From positions 433,791 through 497,790 of the forward strand of contig CAVWYV010000003.1 in NCBI GenBank assembly GCA_963759355.1: a stretch of 64,000 nt of DNA, written 5' to 3'. The DNA is from an uncultured Acidobacteriaceae bacterium (GTDB lineage Bacteria > Acidobacteriota > Terriglobia > Terriglobales > Acidobacteriaceae). Made by a program: the position numbers and the translations under genes. This document shows positions 50,442 to 61,089 of the stretch, piece after piece. Below the pieces are notes generated by a model. The model was not told the DNA's origin, did not search any database, and was given only the letters and a program-made list of their open reading frames with translations. Positions within the stretch are counted from its first letter, which is position 1, and every line of letters starts with the position of its first letter.

Positions 50442-51349
50442 TACGCCGCCTCCTGCAGTTCGGAGGCGGCGATTCCCTGCTCTTGTTCCTTCGGCAGCGG
50501 CGGCTCCAGCGCCGCGAGGATGACGCTGGCGGTCTGCTGGATGACTTCCAAGCTCTCGGCCAGAAGGGAGGCGTTGCCGTGGTACAGGTGGATGTAATCG
50601 GCGGAGGCGGTGCCCGTTACCAGACCAACGGCCTTGCCGACCACGAAGGCTACGGCTTCGGCTTCGGTCTCGCGCACGGTCTTGGTGGTTGCGGTCCGGC
50701 GCTCGGCCTTGTGCAGCATCTCGTGCGCCGTCTCGTGAACGAGGGTCGAAAATTCCTCGGCCTTGGACTGTCCCGGCAGGATGGCAATCCGTCCGCCGTA
50801 GCTCATGCCTAGCGCGGGAGCGATCTTCTCGTTGTAGACAAGCTGGATGCCCTGCGCCTTCAGGAACGCGGCCAGCCGGTCGATGTTCTCGCCGGGGTCG
50901 CCGGAGATTTCGTGCATCTCCGGAAGGTCAACACCGCTGGTCTGCGAAATGTCGAAGACGTAGGCATTGCGGAAACCGAGCAAGGCGCGGGCGTTCTGCT
51001 TCGTGATGTCCTTCTCGGCTTCCTCGTCCTTCTTGCGGCGAACGCCCACAATAGGGGCGAGGATGCGAATGCCTTTGGCTCCGGCGTTCACGCTGCGGCC
51101 AAGGTTCTTCCACGTCCAGAACCCGGCCACGCGGGTGGCGGTCGGCATCTGCCGCGCGATCTCCAGCACGTTCCCAAAGCTGTAGTTATGGAAGCGGCTC
51201 ATGGCCGTGAGGTAGTTGGTGAGGGCTTCGGAGTGTCCAGCCTCCAACTGCTCAATCAGGAGCTTGATATTGGCGGCGATGAGTTCCTGTTTGGTGGTGG
51301 GCTTCTTGCTGTTGAAAGTGGTGTTGTCGAGGGTGGCTGCGCTGCTCAT
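50441..51349 (-). CDS. ArdC-like ssDNA-binding/antirestriction protein
   Basis: FHNYSFGNVLEI, VAGFWTWKNLGRSV, VFDISQT, HETAHEMLH, ETEAEAVAF. Confidence 0.85.
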   Translation of the reverse strand: MSSAATLDNTTFNSKKPTTKQELIAANIKLLIEQLEAGHSEALTNYLTAMSRFHNYSFGNVLEIARQMPTATRVAGFWTWKNLGRSVNAGAKGIRILAPIVGVRRKKDEEAEKDITKQNARALLGFRNAYVFDISQTSGVDLPEMHEISGDPGENIDRLAAFLKAQGIQLVYNEKIAPALGMSYGGRIAILPGQSKAEEFSTLVHETAHEMLHKAERRTATTKTVRETEAEAVAFVVGKAVGLVTGTASADYIHLYHGNASLLAESLEVIQQTASVILAALEPPLPKEQEQGIAASELQEAA

Positions 51350-51590
51350 GGTGGCTTGCTCCTTTGCGGTTCGGCTTTGGCGTTTGCACGTCCGCGTTGA
51401 ACGCGGCATGTACATGCCGAACGCCACCTGGCGAAGGCGGGGGTAGCAAGGTGCAAGGGGAGGGGTCTCCCCATCCTTGGAGCGGAAGCGAAGCTGGAGC
51501 GGAAAGGACGGAGCGCAGCGGAGGTCTGCACAAGCGAAGCGCGGAAGATTGGGGAAACCCCTTGCGCCGCGCGATCGGGGCAGAGCCCCT

Positions 51591-53045
51591 TCCATGTCTT
51601 TTGTCAATATTTGGCGCAGGGGCGTTCTACCTGCGCCCGTAGCAGATGTCTTTGAGTATTTCCGTACGATTTGGGAACCGGGCAACGTTCAGCGACAGTC
51701 GCTCAAACTTCCATACGCGGGTTGGGTACCGCACGAACGTGTGTCGTCGCAGGCTTGCCTCGGACTTAGCGCGGGCATCGGAGACGAGTCTCCTGCCACA
51801 AGGGGCTCTCGAGGATCACCATGACCTGTTGCCCGGTTCCCGCACCACAGGGCTGATGGGCAGTCGATCTATCCAGCCGCCATGGTGATCCTGATCTCTT
51901 GGCCGATGGCCCAGATGAAGCCGGCAAGCTCGCGCGCGATCGCCGCAACAACGACGGTAGGCTTCTTGCCTCTGGCGATCATGGAGCGATATCGAGTGCA
52001 GAGCCTGGTCTGTGCCTTCCATGCGATGTCGCGAACGGTCTTGGGCAGGCGCACGAGGATCTCTGCCTTCTCCTTCGCGATCCGCGCAGGATACTGATAG
52101 CTCCACGCTGCTTCGATCAGCATGCGCCTAGCCTCGCGGTTGCCGGTCTTCGTGATGCCTCCACGTCGGATCGTTCCACCGCTGGAATGCTCGGAGGGAA
52201 CGAGACCCAGATACCCCATTAGTAGACGCGGCGACTCAAAGCGGCTGAGATCACCGGTGGATGCTATGAAGGTGGCTGCAGAGATCGTGTCAATACCGCG
52301 CAATCCGCGTAACGCTTCGACAAGTGGTCCCAATGACCAACTCGCTACCATCGCAGAGACCTTCTCGATCAGGGCATCTCTACGCTGTTGAGCAGTCCAT
52401 ACAGTCTCCAAGTAGTCCTGGAAGACGATGCCATGAGCGTGCTCTCGGAAGGTCTGTCCTGCAAGCCAGCTGCGATGACGCTGCGTCCAGTGCTTGCCGG
52501 TTGGATAGCTGCGGCCATGACGAAGCAGGAAGGCGAGCAACTGCTGCCGCGCACGCATCAGATGCATCGATGCATCCACCCGAGCTCTAACCAGATCGCG
52601 AAGGGCCTCGTGCGTCGTATCTGGAACCCAGACCGGCGTCAGGTCACCAGAGCGGTGGAGAATCGCCAGCTTCTCTGAATCACGCCGGTCAGTCTTGATC
52701 CGCTCTCCGGCCTTCCGCGGAATCAACGAAGGCGCGACTACGCTGCACCTGTGCCCGAGTGCTGTGAGCTGGCGATGGATGCCATACCCACAGCCGCTCG
52801 CCTCGTAACAGAAGTCGAGCTCGCCATGCCTCGAGAGGCGCTTCGCCATCTTCGCGACATCCTCTTCTGTGTTGGGAATCACGCCGAGAAACCGTACCGG
52901 CCCCGTTCGGCCATCTTCCGCGACGCTGATGGATATGGTCGCCTTGTGCACGTCCATACCGATGAATGATCTGGTCTAGCTGCATGTCTTCCTCCTGAGC
53001 ACAGGAGAACCGCTCCATGCGGCTCTGACAAAAGACATACAGACT
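51591..53045 (-). mobile_element. IS110-family element, IS1111 type
   Basis: Perfect 13-bp inverted repeats ATGTCTTTTGTCA (51594-51606) / TGACAAAAGACAT (53026-53038); ~260-bp non-coding region 3' of the transposase. Exact outer ends approximate. Confidence 0.85.
51869..52986 (-). CDS. IS110 DEDD transposase (frameshift near the start, ~52965)
   Basis: FIGMDVHK, CYEASG, KTDRRDS, GLVPSEHSSG, AIARELAG. Confidence 0.9.
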
Positions 53046-53149
53046 GAGCGTACTTAGCACTTCCGTTACAAGACAGACCGGAGACATGGTTTACAGCGAA
53101 GCGCGACGGCTACGGACACTCGGGATTTGGGCACGCACGACGATGTTGT

Positions 53150-53370
53150 ATGCCTTGGAAAGAGAGTCCGATCATGAATGAAGGTTTGCAGTTTCTGTCG
53201 AGTTATCAGAAGGAAGAGATGTCGGTAGCGGACCTGTGCCGCGCGCATGGGATCTCGCGTCTCACAGCGTACCGTTGGATCAATCGCTACAACGAGACGG
53301 GACCGGAAGGACTCATGGATCGCAGCACCCGCCCGCACAGTTGCTCGCACGCAACGCTCGAGCCCATTTC
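53150..53370 (+). pseudogene. IS481-family transposase N-terminal fragment
   Basis: MPWKE...DLCRAHGISRLTAYRWINRY...GLMDRSTRPHSC. Confidence 0.75.
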
Positions 53371-53389
53371 GCGAAGTCGCTCGCGGGCT

Positions 53390-53850
53390 TCAATGGGTTG
53401 GCAAACATCAACGTGAAGGCCGAGACGATTCAGTAGCGAGCGATGTGGCGGATTCCCTTCCAGAAGCGGCGCTGCATCGTCCCCCGCCGACGGATTTTAC
53501 GAATGGCAAAAACTCGACCCGAAGACGAAGAAGTCATACTTCTGCTCACTAAATGACGGGAGACCGTTTGGCGTAGCGGGACTCTGGGATGCGTGGAGAG
53601 ACCCAAACGCGAATGAGTCGCTTCTCTGTTTGCGATCATCACGACAACGCCGAATGAGTTGATTGCGCGGGTGCACAATGGAACGCCGGTGATCCTGCAG
53701 CCGCGCGACTACGATCGGTGGCTGAAGCGGGGTGCTGTCGAGGAGCTGACGGTGGATCTGCTAAGACGGTATCCGGCAGAGGAGATGAAGGCGCAGGAGC
53801 CGAATTCGGCGGTGGGGAATGTTAGGAACAATGGGTCCAATCTACTGCTG
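53390..53850 (+). pseudogene. SRAP (YedK/HMCES) fragment
   Basis: INVKAET, FQKRRCIVP, YEWQK, FAIITTTPNEL..VHN..PVIL...WL, VGNVRNNG across frames and stops. Confidence 0.75.
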
Positions 53851-54035
53851 ACTAGACCAGCCTCACCGGTCGAACTTCAGAAGATTTCCACTACGATCCA
53901 CAACTAGTAATCTTGACAGGCCACGGGGTCTAATGCTTAATAGTCGGGTCGTTTAGTTCCCTAATAAGTACGCAGCAGCAACTAGATTCGTTCAGGGATC
54001 TCTGTCGTTTATCTAGCCTCTACCCCGGAGGTAGT

Positions 54036-54776
54036 ATGCGCAGTAGGTTGGCGATATCGTTCGTCCTGTTTTCATTCAGCTTAGCCGCTCAAACCATCTC
54101 CTCTTCCGCGTTTTCCTCTCAAGTCACCGCCAAGTACAGTCAGCTTGCATCGGTGCACTCTGTGACGCTGAATGGAAGTGCAAGCTGGGTCGCGGGCTCA
54201 AGTCACGAATCCGGCACAGCTACCTTGGGCGCTGCGAACGACGGCTCTACAACCTTGGATTTGAGCATGGGCCACAATAGCCGTCGAGAATCTGCGAGCG
54301 CTCTCGGAACCTCTCGCGTGTGTCAGTGGATCGATGCCCAATCCAATGTCCATCAGCTGACAGGACCCGACTGTGATCTGTCGGTGCCTTGGTTTGCGCC
54401 TCTTGTTTTGGCGCAACCCACCGCTGCGGTCAGTAGCTTACTGACAGTCACGGACGACGGCACCGTCACGAGAGGCAACTCAGCCTATCACGAGATCAGT
54501 TACCGCACGATTGAGCCTGCCCGCGACGCTGCAACATCAAAGACTCTCGCGGAGGATACGCGTGTCCGAGTTCTCTACGACCCACAAACACTGCTGCCTG
54601 CGAGCGCAGAGTTCTCAATTCATGCCGACAACAATCTAAGCAGGCAAATCCCCGTGAGGATTGTCTACAGCAACTATCAGACAGTGTCTGGAATCCCGGT
54701 TCCATTTCAGATCGACCGATATGTGAACGGAGTTCTCCAACTGTCTCTCACTCTCACTAACGCCTCATCAAACTAA
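54036..54776 (+). CDS. Secreted LolA-like/beta-rich protein upstream of RHS
   Basis: Signal peptide; VLYDPQTLLP...YSNYQTVSGIPVPFQI is typical of LolA-like folds. Confidence 0.65.
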   Translation: MRSRLAISFVLFSFSLAAQTISSSAFSSQVTAKYSQLASVHSVTLNGSASWVAGSSHESGTATLGAANDGSTTLDLSMGHNSRRESASALGTSRVCQWIDAQSNVHQLTGPDCDLSVPWFAPLVLAQPTAAVSSLLTVTDDGTVTRGNSAYHEISYRTIEPARDAATSKTLAEDTRVRVLYDPQTLLPASAEFSIHADNNLSRQIPVRIVYSNYQTVSGIPVPFQIDRYVNGVLQLSLTLTNASSN

Positions 54777-54793
54777 ATACCCGGAGCAAGCCG

Positions 54794-57700
54794 ATGCGAA
54801 CGAAGCTTTGCATTATCGGTTTCCTGTGTCTGGTTTTCATTCCCCATCTAGTCGCGCAATATCCCGGCACGGGGCTATATGCGTTTGGTTCGTATGACAA
54901 CAAAGGATTTGACTCCATCAATTTGGGAAATCTCAATACCCACTTTTCCATCCCTATTGTGAGCAAGCCTGGCAGAGGGCTGAACTTCACCTACACTCTC
55001 GCTTATGATGGCCTTGTTTGGGCATCCAGTACAAGCGCTGGAACCGGCTATTGGCAGCCAGATGGCAACTGGGGATTCTATGGCCAGTTTGGGGAAGCAA
55101 TCAAGGGATACATTTCCTATGATCAGTCCACCAAGAAATGCTTCGCCGATCCGCCGGGGTGGTTCTGGGCAGTGAAGGATACGAACTACCAATATCATGA
55201 CCAATTTGGCGTCGCTCATCTTCTGAACTATTCCTACGATGACTGCACTTCGACGGTCAGTGGTGACGGCAGTACGAGCGACGGCTCAGGGATTCGCTTT
55301 GACAACGTCTACATTCATTTGCGGAACGGCACAACTATCACCCCCTCGTACAACTCTCCAAGTTCCAGTGGAACAATCACTGATCCAAACGGAAATTTCA
55401 TTACGAACAATGGCAACGGCACCTTTACCGACACAACTGGGACTACCGAGTTAACGATCGGCGGAGGCGGAAATGCCAGTAGCCCTCTGACCTTCACCTA
55501 TCCAGTCTTGGTCTCGGGTACCTCTGGATCTGCGACAGCAACGGTTTACTATCACAGTTACACGGTTCAAACAAACTTCGGTTGTCCAGGAATCTCTGAA
55601 TACAGTGCGAGTTCGATCAGCCTCGTAGACCACATCACCCTCGCCGATTCCCCTTCGGATACATATACGTTTACGTATGAACAAACACCTGGCGTCAGCG
55701 GAGCCGTCACGGGCAGATTGGCTTCCGTGACACTTCCGAGCGGTGGCACGATCTCCTATTCCTACAGCGGAGGCTGTTCGGGAGGTATCAACACGGATGG
55801 AACGCCAGCTATCCTCGCAAGAACAACATCTGATGGACAGAAGACATACACCCGCAACATAAGCGGAGCGCCAGCCTCCACGACTGTTGCAGTAGATGAA
55901 AAGGCAAATGAGACTGACTTTAATTTCATCAGCGACACCAACGGGAACACGTTCGAAACTTCACGTTCCGTGTTCCAGGGTGCGGCAAATGGGACACCAC
56001 TTGAGTCTAAGACTACCGTCTACAATGGCCTACCCTCGACGACACAGATAACGCCGCCGATCACACAGACATCGATAAACGACCAATACAATGGATTGAA
56101 GCCTGTTTTGGCAGTAACGAACTATCAGTCGGGGCTTCCAACTTCAACAACGGTTGAAGACCCGTCTAACGGAAACTCTGCTTTGCTTGCATCTTCTAGC
56201 TCGTACAACGCTTATGGGGAGGTCACCAGCAGTCAAACGACGGATCCACCGCACAGCAACGCCGTTATTACGTCCGCTACCTACGGCTACGACGAAACAA
56301 CTCCGACTTCAACATCGGGGCTTCCTCAACACAACTCTGGATATGGTTCCGGAGGCAATCAGACTTCTGCGCACATCTCCACCGGCAGTGGAACGTTAGA
56401 TTCATCCACTACGTACTACGACACCGGCATGCCCGCGTCGACAACAGCACCTGGTGGATTCACGACGAGCTACAGCTACGACTCGACACAGACGTTTACG
56501 ACGCAAACAACCTTGCCCACACCGTATAGCGGTGTTCAGATCGCCACCACGGCAAGCTATGACATGAACTCTGGTGTACAAACCTCTGCTACAGGGCCAA
56601 ACACCGGACAGACCTTCAACGTGCAGTATGATGCGGTATTCAGGCAGACTCAGGTAACGACGCCCGAGGGCGGCCAAACGACATCGACGTACACCCCCAA
56701 CCAACTGAGTAGCGTTACGAAGATGAATGCGACACAGTCCTCCGATCAGGAAACATTCCTGGACGGATATGGTCGAACGAAACGCGTGGCAATTGCGAAC
56801 GGAACAGGCTGGTATTTGACTGACTACTGCTATGACGCAGCAGGTCTTCTTCAATACCAAAGCATTCCGTACTTTAGTTCAGCCATGAATCCTAGCGGGA
56901 TGGCCTGCTCTTCTGGTGCAGCGAAGCAATATACGTATGACGCTTTGGGGCGCAAAACGCACATCAGCAGCCCGGATGGATCGTCGATTTCTTTGACGTA
57001 TACCGGACGAGCTGTCCAATCAGTTAGCTCAAATGGTGTCTCACGCATCACTCAACATGATCTACTCGGACGTATTAGCTCTGTATGCGAACTTTCAGCC
57101 GGTCTGAACCTAGCTGGGACACCTGCGGACAAGACACCTGTCAACTGCGGGGCTGATATCACCGCCACCGGTTTCCTAACGCAGTATGTGTATGACCTAA
57201 GTACGCATAAGGCAACAATCACCCAAGGGGCACAGACCCGGATCTTCCAGACAGACGCTGCGGGCCGGACAACGTACGTCAAGGAGCCCGAGTCCGGTAT
57301 TACAAATTACAGCTATGCGTACAACAGCACTGGTTTGGATGTAACGAGAACCCGACCTCAAGCGAATCAAACAAGCCCCTCCGTTTTGACGACCACAACA
57401 ACCCAGTACGATGCTCTTGGCCGTGTCCTTACCGTGAGTTATAGTGATGGAACTCCTCTTAGGTATTTCGCATACGACGGTAATGGTCTTCCTCCCGGGT
57501 ACTGGCCAATTGGCCAGATGTCGGTTGAAGCGGAGTTTTCAAATGGAGTCACTATTGCACAGCGCAACTACACACACGATGTGATGGGGCGAGTCTTCGC
57601 GACAGACGAATGTATGCCGGATGGATGTGGAAACGGCACCCGCGAGACATGGCGCTTTTACAGCTACGATCTGGCCTCAAACATGACCTCGGAAACCTAT

Positions 57701-59428
57701 ACGAATGTGGACGCCGATGTATCGGCGCAGGTCTCCCTCAACTATGGATATAACCTGGCTGGCCAGTTGGTTTCTGTTAGCGGCGGCCAGAATAACGGAG
57801 TTCTATCTCCAAGCATCTATAGCGTTCAGGCCATCGGTCCGTCAGGATCAACACTAGTGCAATACGGAAATGGGCTTTATGGAATAACTGGTTATGACGC
57901 TGAGGATAGAACGAATCTTCGAAAGGTGTGCAATGGTAGCACAGACAGTAGCTACAATGAGACCTGTTCCGGAGGAAGTCTCTACTATTGGGCCATCCTC
58001 AATACCGTTGGCAATCAGGTTAAGTCGATGGCTGACTCTACAGTGGGAGAGGGTTCAACCGAGAACTATGATGAGTTCGGACGACTTTCCAGTCAGAGCT
58101 ATTCGTATGGCTGGATGAACACATCAATTAACTATGTATACGACCGCTATGGCAATCGCTGGCAGCAGAACATTACCCAGGGCAGCGGGCCTGCGCCCGT
58201 ACGAAATTTCGATACAAGCACGAACCATATAACCTCGAGCGGCTACGGCTATGATGCGGTTGGAAATATCATCAGCGATGGCTTCCACAGTTATTCCTAT
58301 GACGCTGAGAACAACCTCATCAGTATCGACGGTGGCGCGACCGCGACGTTTGTCTATGACGCTCTGAACGAGAGAGTGAAGGTCAGCACATCGGCAGGCA
58401 CCCAGGACTACGGGTACGACCTGAGTGGCAGGCGATCGACCGTTTGGACCCCCGGCTCAACAACCATGAATGCGGTGCAGTATTATGCAGGTGCTAGTCT
58501 CGTTGCCTATTGGACGCTTTCCGACGGCAATATTCACTTCGAACACCAGGACTGGCTGGGAACAGAACGCATGAGAACATCGGCCACGGGCGCGGTTGAT
58601 GGATCATATTCCTCTCTGCCATATGGTGATAACTTGCAAGTGTCGGGAAGCGACACCAACCCCGGGCACTTTGCGATGTTGGACCAGGATGTGAGTGCCA
58701 GCTCCGGCCTATCGCATGCGACGTTCAGGGAATATAGCAGCACGGATGGCCGATGGATGAGCCCTGATCCGTACTTTGGAAGCTATCGGTTTCGGAATCC
58801 GCAGAGTTTCAATCGCTACTCGTATGTTAAAAACGGTCCTCTCTCACGTGTTGATCCAAAGGGCCTAACTGAGGAGGACGATGACCAGTGTGATGTCGAA
58901 TGTTTCACAGATGAAGGAAATGGCGATACTGGAAGTGACCAGAGTGGAGGCGGCACCAGTGGCGGAACCGATCAGTGCGGGCCAACCGATGGGAATTGCG
59001 TCAATGTGACGCCTCCTCCAGCTAATTGTGATGATCCGTATACCGTCTGCGTCACTCCTCCTGATGACCCTCCTTCATATCCGTGCGATGACACGACGCT
59101 GTGTATCAGTCAGAATCCGCCACAGCAGCCACCTCAACAGCAGCCGCCTCAACAACCTCCACCCTATCCACCCAATGTTCCCAAAACCCCAGATCAGTGT
59201 TCTGTTTATCAGCAGAACGGTGGGCTATATGTTATTTGTAGCCACACGGGAAATAGTTCCGTAGCAAACAAGATTCGCGGATGCCTCCAAAGCTTATATA
59301 ATCCGCAATCGGGATATATACCCATCCCAGTCTTCGTACCGACATCTCCCGGCAGTGGGTTTGATCTCAACAGCCTGATACCAGGCGCTGGAGCTCATCT
59401 AAGTTGCTGGGCAGATCCTAACCCCTAA
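54794..59428 (+). CDS. RHS/YD-repeat toxin with signal peptide, intact
   Basis: YD repeats, HQDWLGTER, GRWMSPDP, NPQSFNRYSYVKNGPLSRVDPKGL; Cys/Pro/Gln-rich C-terminal region. Confidence 0.92.
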   Translation: MRTKLCIIGFLCLVFIPHLVAQYPGTGLYAFGSYDNKGFDSINLGNLNTHFSIPIVSKPGRGLNFTYTLAYDGLVWASSTSAGTGYWQPDGNWGFYGQFGEAIKGYISYDQSTKKCFADPPGWFWAVKDTNYQYHDQFGVAHLLNYSYDDCTSTVSGDGSTSDGSGIRFDNVYIHLRNGTTITPSYNSPSSSGTITDPNGNFITNNGNGTFTDTTGTTELTIGGGGNASSPLTFTYPVLVSGTSGSATATVYYHSYTVQTNFGCPGISEYSASSISLVDHITLADSPSDTYTFTYEQTPGVSGAVTGRLASVTLPSGGTISYSYSGGCSGGINTDGTPAILARTTSDGQKTYTRNISGAPASTTVAVDEKANETDFNFISDTNGNTFETSRSVFQGAANGTPLESKTTVYNGLPSTTQITPPITQTSINDQYNGLKPVLAVTNYQSGLPTSTTVEDPSNGNSALLASSSSYNAYGEVTSSQTTDPPHSNAVITSATYGYDETTPTSTSGLPQHNSGYGSGGNQTSAHISTGSGTLDSSTTYYDTGMPASTTAPGGFTTSYSYDSTQTFTTQTTLPTPYSGVQIATTASYDMNSGVQTSATGPNTGQTFNVQYDAVFRQTQVTTPEGGQTTSTYTPNQLSSVTKMNATQSSDQETFLDGYGRTKRVAIANGTGWYLTDYCYDAAGLLQYQSIPYFSSAMNPSGMACSSGAAKQYTYDALGRKTHISSPDGSSISLTYTGRAVQSVSSNGVSRITQHDLLGRISSVCELSAGLNLAGTPADKTPVNCGADITATGFLTQYVYDLSTHKATITQGAQTRIFQTDAAGRTTYVKEPESGITNYSYAYNSTGLDVTRTRPQANQTSPSVLTTTTTQYDALGRVLTVSYSDGTPLRYFAYDGNGLPPGYWPIGQMSVEAEFSNGVTIAQRNYTHDVMGRVFATDECMPDGCGNGTRETWRFYSYDLASNMTSETYTNVDADVSAQVSLNYGYNLAGQLVSVSGGQNNGVLSPSIYSVQAIGPSGSTLVQYGNGLYGITGYDAEDRTNLRKVCNGSTDSSYNETCSGGSLYYWAILNTVGNQVKSMADSTVGEGSTENYDEFGRLSSQSYSYGWMNTSINYVYDRYGNRWQQNITQGSGPAPVRNFDTSTNHITSSGYGYDAVGNIISDGFHSYSYDAENNLISIDGGATATFVYDALNERVKVSTSAGTQDYGYDLSGRRSTVWTPGSTTMNAVQYYAGASLVAYWTLSDGNIHFEHQDWLGTERMRTSATGAVDGSYSSLPYGDNLQVSGSDTNPGHFAMLDQDVSASSGLSHATFREYSSTDGRWMSPDPYFGSYRFRNPQSFNRYSYVKNGPLSRVDPKGLTEEDDDQCDVECFTDEGNGDTGSDQSGGGTSGGTDQCGPTDGNCVNVTPPPANCDDPYTVCVTPPDDPPSYPCDDTTLCISQNPPQQPPQQQPPQQPPPYPPNVPKTPDQCSVYQQNGGLYVICSHTGNSSVANKIRGCLQSLYNPQSGYIPIPVFVPTSPGSGFDLNSLIPGAGAHLSCWADPNP

Positions 59429-59448
59429 AATGAAGGAGGTAACCACTG

Positions 59449-59868
59449 ATGAGCTCCAAAATATATTGGCTCATAATTGGTGCCGCGACCTTCTGGGTCC
59501 CGGCCATCTATGCATCCCATTTCCTTCCGCAGTTGAACGTTGTGATGCTAAACGCCATCCCGCTGGCGTGCATGATTCTACTCGGCATTATATGTAGATT
59601 ATTAAATCGTTCTCCTCGTTGGGCTCTTGTGCTCGCGGGCATCTACGTACTCGGCCCCGTACTGCAGTTGGCTCCGTCAATGTTTACACACGCCTCACCG
59701 CTCCCAAGTGCGATTCACGAGAAGATGTGGTTGTTGGCATTATGTCTGTTCCCACCGGTGACTCTATGGCTAGCCCTATTGAATGGGCTGCTTTATTCCT
59801 TGTTAATCGGAACCGCGGCGCTGACCGCTATGGCTTTTGGCCAAATGCCTAGGTCCGCCGAAGTGTAG
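59449..59868 (+). CDS. Putative membrane immunity protein
   Basis: AAGGAGG RBS; about four TM helices; directly after the RHS gene. Confidence 0.72.
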   Translation: MSSKIYWLIIGAATFWVPAIYASHFLPQLNVVMLNAIPLACMILLGIICRLLNRSPRWALVLAGIYVLGPVLQLAPSMFTHASPLPSAIHEKMWLLALCLFPPVTLWLALLNGLLYSLLIGTAALTAMAFGQMPRSAEV

Positions 59869-59923
59869 TTGGCCGTTTCCGGATGCGGGCCAAATTTGAT
59901 GAGAACGAGGCGATTATGGCGGC

Positions 59924-59996
59924 GGGTGGCCCACATCTCGCCGTTCGTCCTAGTACCGGGTGCCCCACATCCCGCCTTTTGAGATGTAGGTTCGCA
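59924..59996. repeat. REP-like repeat, diverged copy 3
   Basis: GGGTGGCCCACATCT...GGGTGCCCCACATCCCGCCTTTTGAGATGTAGGTTCGCA. Confidence 0.7.
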
Positions 59997-60324
59997 AGAT
60001 GGTCGTCGTGGCCATCGGGCTGAGGATCTCCAGAATTCGCGAGGCTTACCGCTTCACCACCACCTCAACCACTCAGCTAATGGCCGACAGCACGGCACCG
60101 CTCCCCGCAGCCGCGCCGACAACCCACCAGCGCCAGCGCTTGAGCCCCTCAATGGCACGCTCCAGCAGCGCGATGCGACTGAGCTGATCGTTTCCAACCA
60201 GCGAGTACATCTGCGGCTCGACCCGCGCGAGTCGCTCACCGTTCGCCCTCGTTTCTTCGCGCTACTCCTTGAGCTCCGCATAGTCAAACCGAACTTGTCG
60301 TCCATCACTTCCCCACCCCCACAA

Positions 60325-60665
60325 ACATCCCATCTCCGCCTTGCGGCGCGTTACCAACCCCGGCTCAACCTTGCCACCCGCGTGCACCCACAGGCCGATC
60401 TGAGCTGCCTTTTCTCGAACTCCTTCGCATTCACGAACCGTAGCAGACTGCTGTTCCGAAAGCTTCCTTGCCCCGCGTTGTACGTGAAGTCCACCAGGGC
60501 ATCGAACTGTCCCTGTGTGAGCGGAACTATCACAAGAGCATTCACGACGTAAGCCGCTATGCGCATGTCTCCGCATAACAACGCATCCCCTTCCAGCTCC
60601 GTAATCGTCTGGCCCTCACGCACATCAGAGCCGGTATGGCCTTAGCCGATGGTGAGGATGCCCGC
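60325..60665 (-). pseudogene. Phage lysozyme (GH24) remnant
   Basis: TIG*GHTG, LTQGQFDALVDFTYNAG, WVHAGGKVEPGLVTRRKAE; one stop and one frameshift. Confidence 0.8.
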
Positions 60666-60669
60666 GCGT

Positions 60670-61011
60670 TGTCACACGAATGGTAAAACGGCAAGTCAGA
60701 CCTTTCCACCACTCACTGAAGCGGCGAAACATCAAGCGGAGAAGGTCCTCGCCTACGCAGGAGGGACCTTGGCCGGATTCCGTTCTCTCGCTTATGCTCA
60801 GGGTCTTGGCGTCGCGGGCTTCCACTTACGCTTTTTGCGGGACGATAAACAAGCTGGAGGCCACTGCCTCGACTTTTCGCTTCGAGCCGGTAGCGTGCAG
60901 ATTTGCACGGTACATGGAACTGCGATAGGGCTACCGGCGTCCGAGGATTTCCTCAAGACAGCTTTTGAAGATCCGGCCCTTGGCGAAAAGGTCAAGGAGG
61001 CAGAAGCATAA
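60670..61011 (+). pseudogene. Acetolactate decarboxylase 3' fragment
   Basis: GTLAGFRS..YAQGLGVAGFHLRFLRDDKQAGGHCLDF. Confidence 0.75.
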
Positions 61012-61089
61012 ACTCTGTTAGACCGAGCCCTTGCCCGTCAATAGCGATAGTCAGCTTATCGTCACTCAACTGCCAGACGTTCTCATGGG

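Noticed and set aside
51350-51685. N-terminal extension of ArdC
   Set aside because: Crosses the IS end and the non-coding leader; an RBS supports ATG 51349.
60325-60665. Prophage
   Set aside because: Only a broken lysozyme; no structural, terminase or integrase genes nearby.
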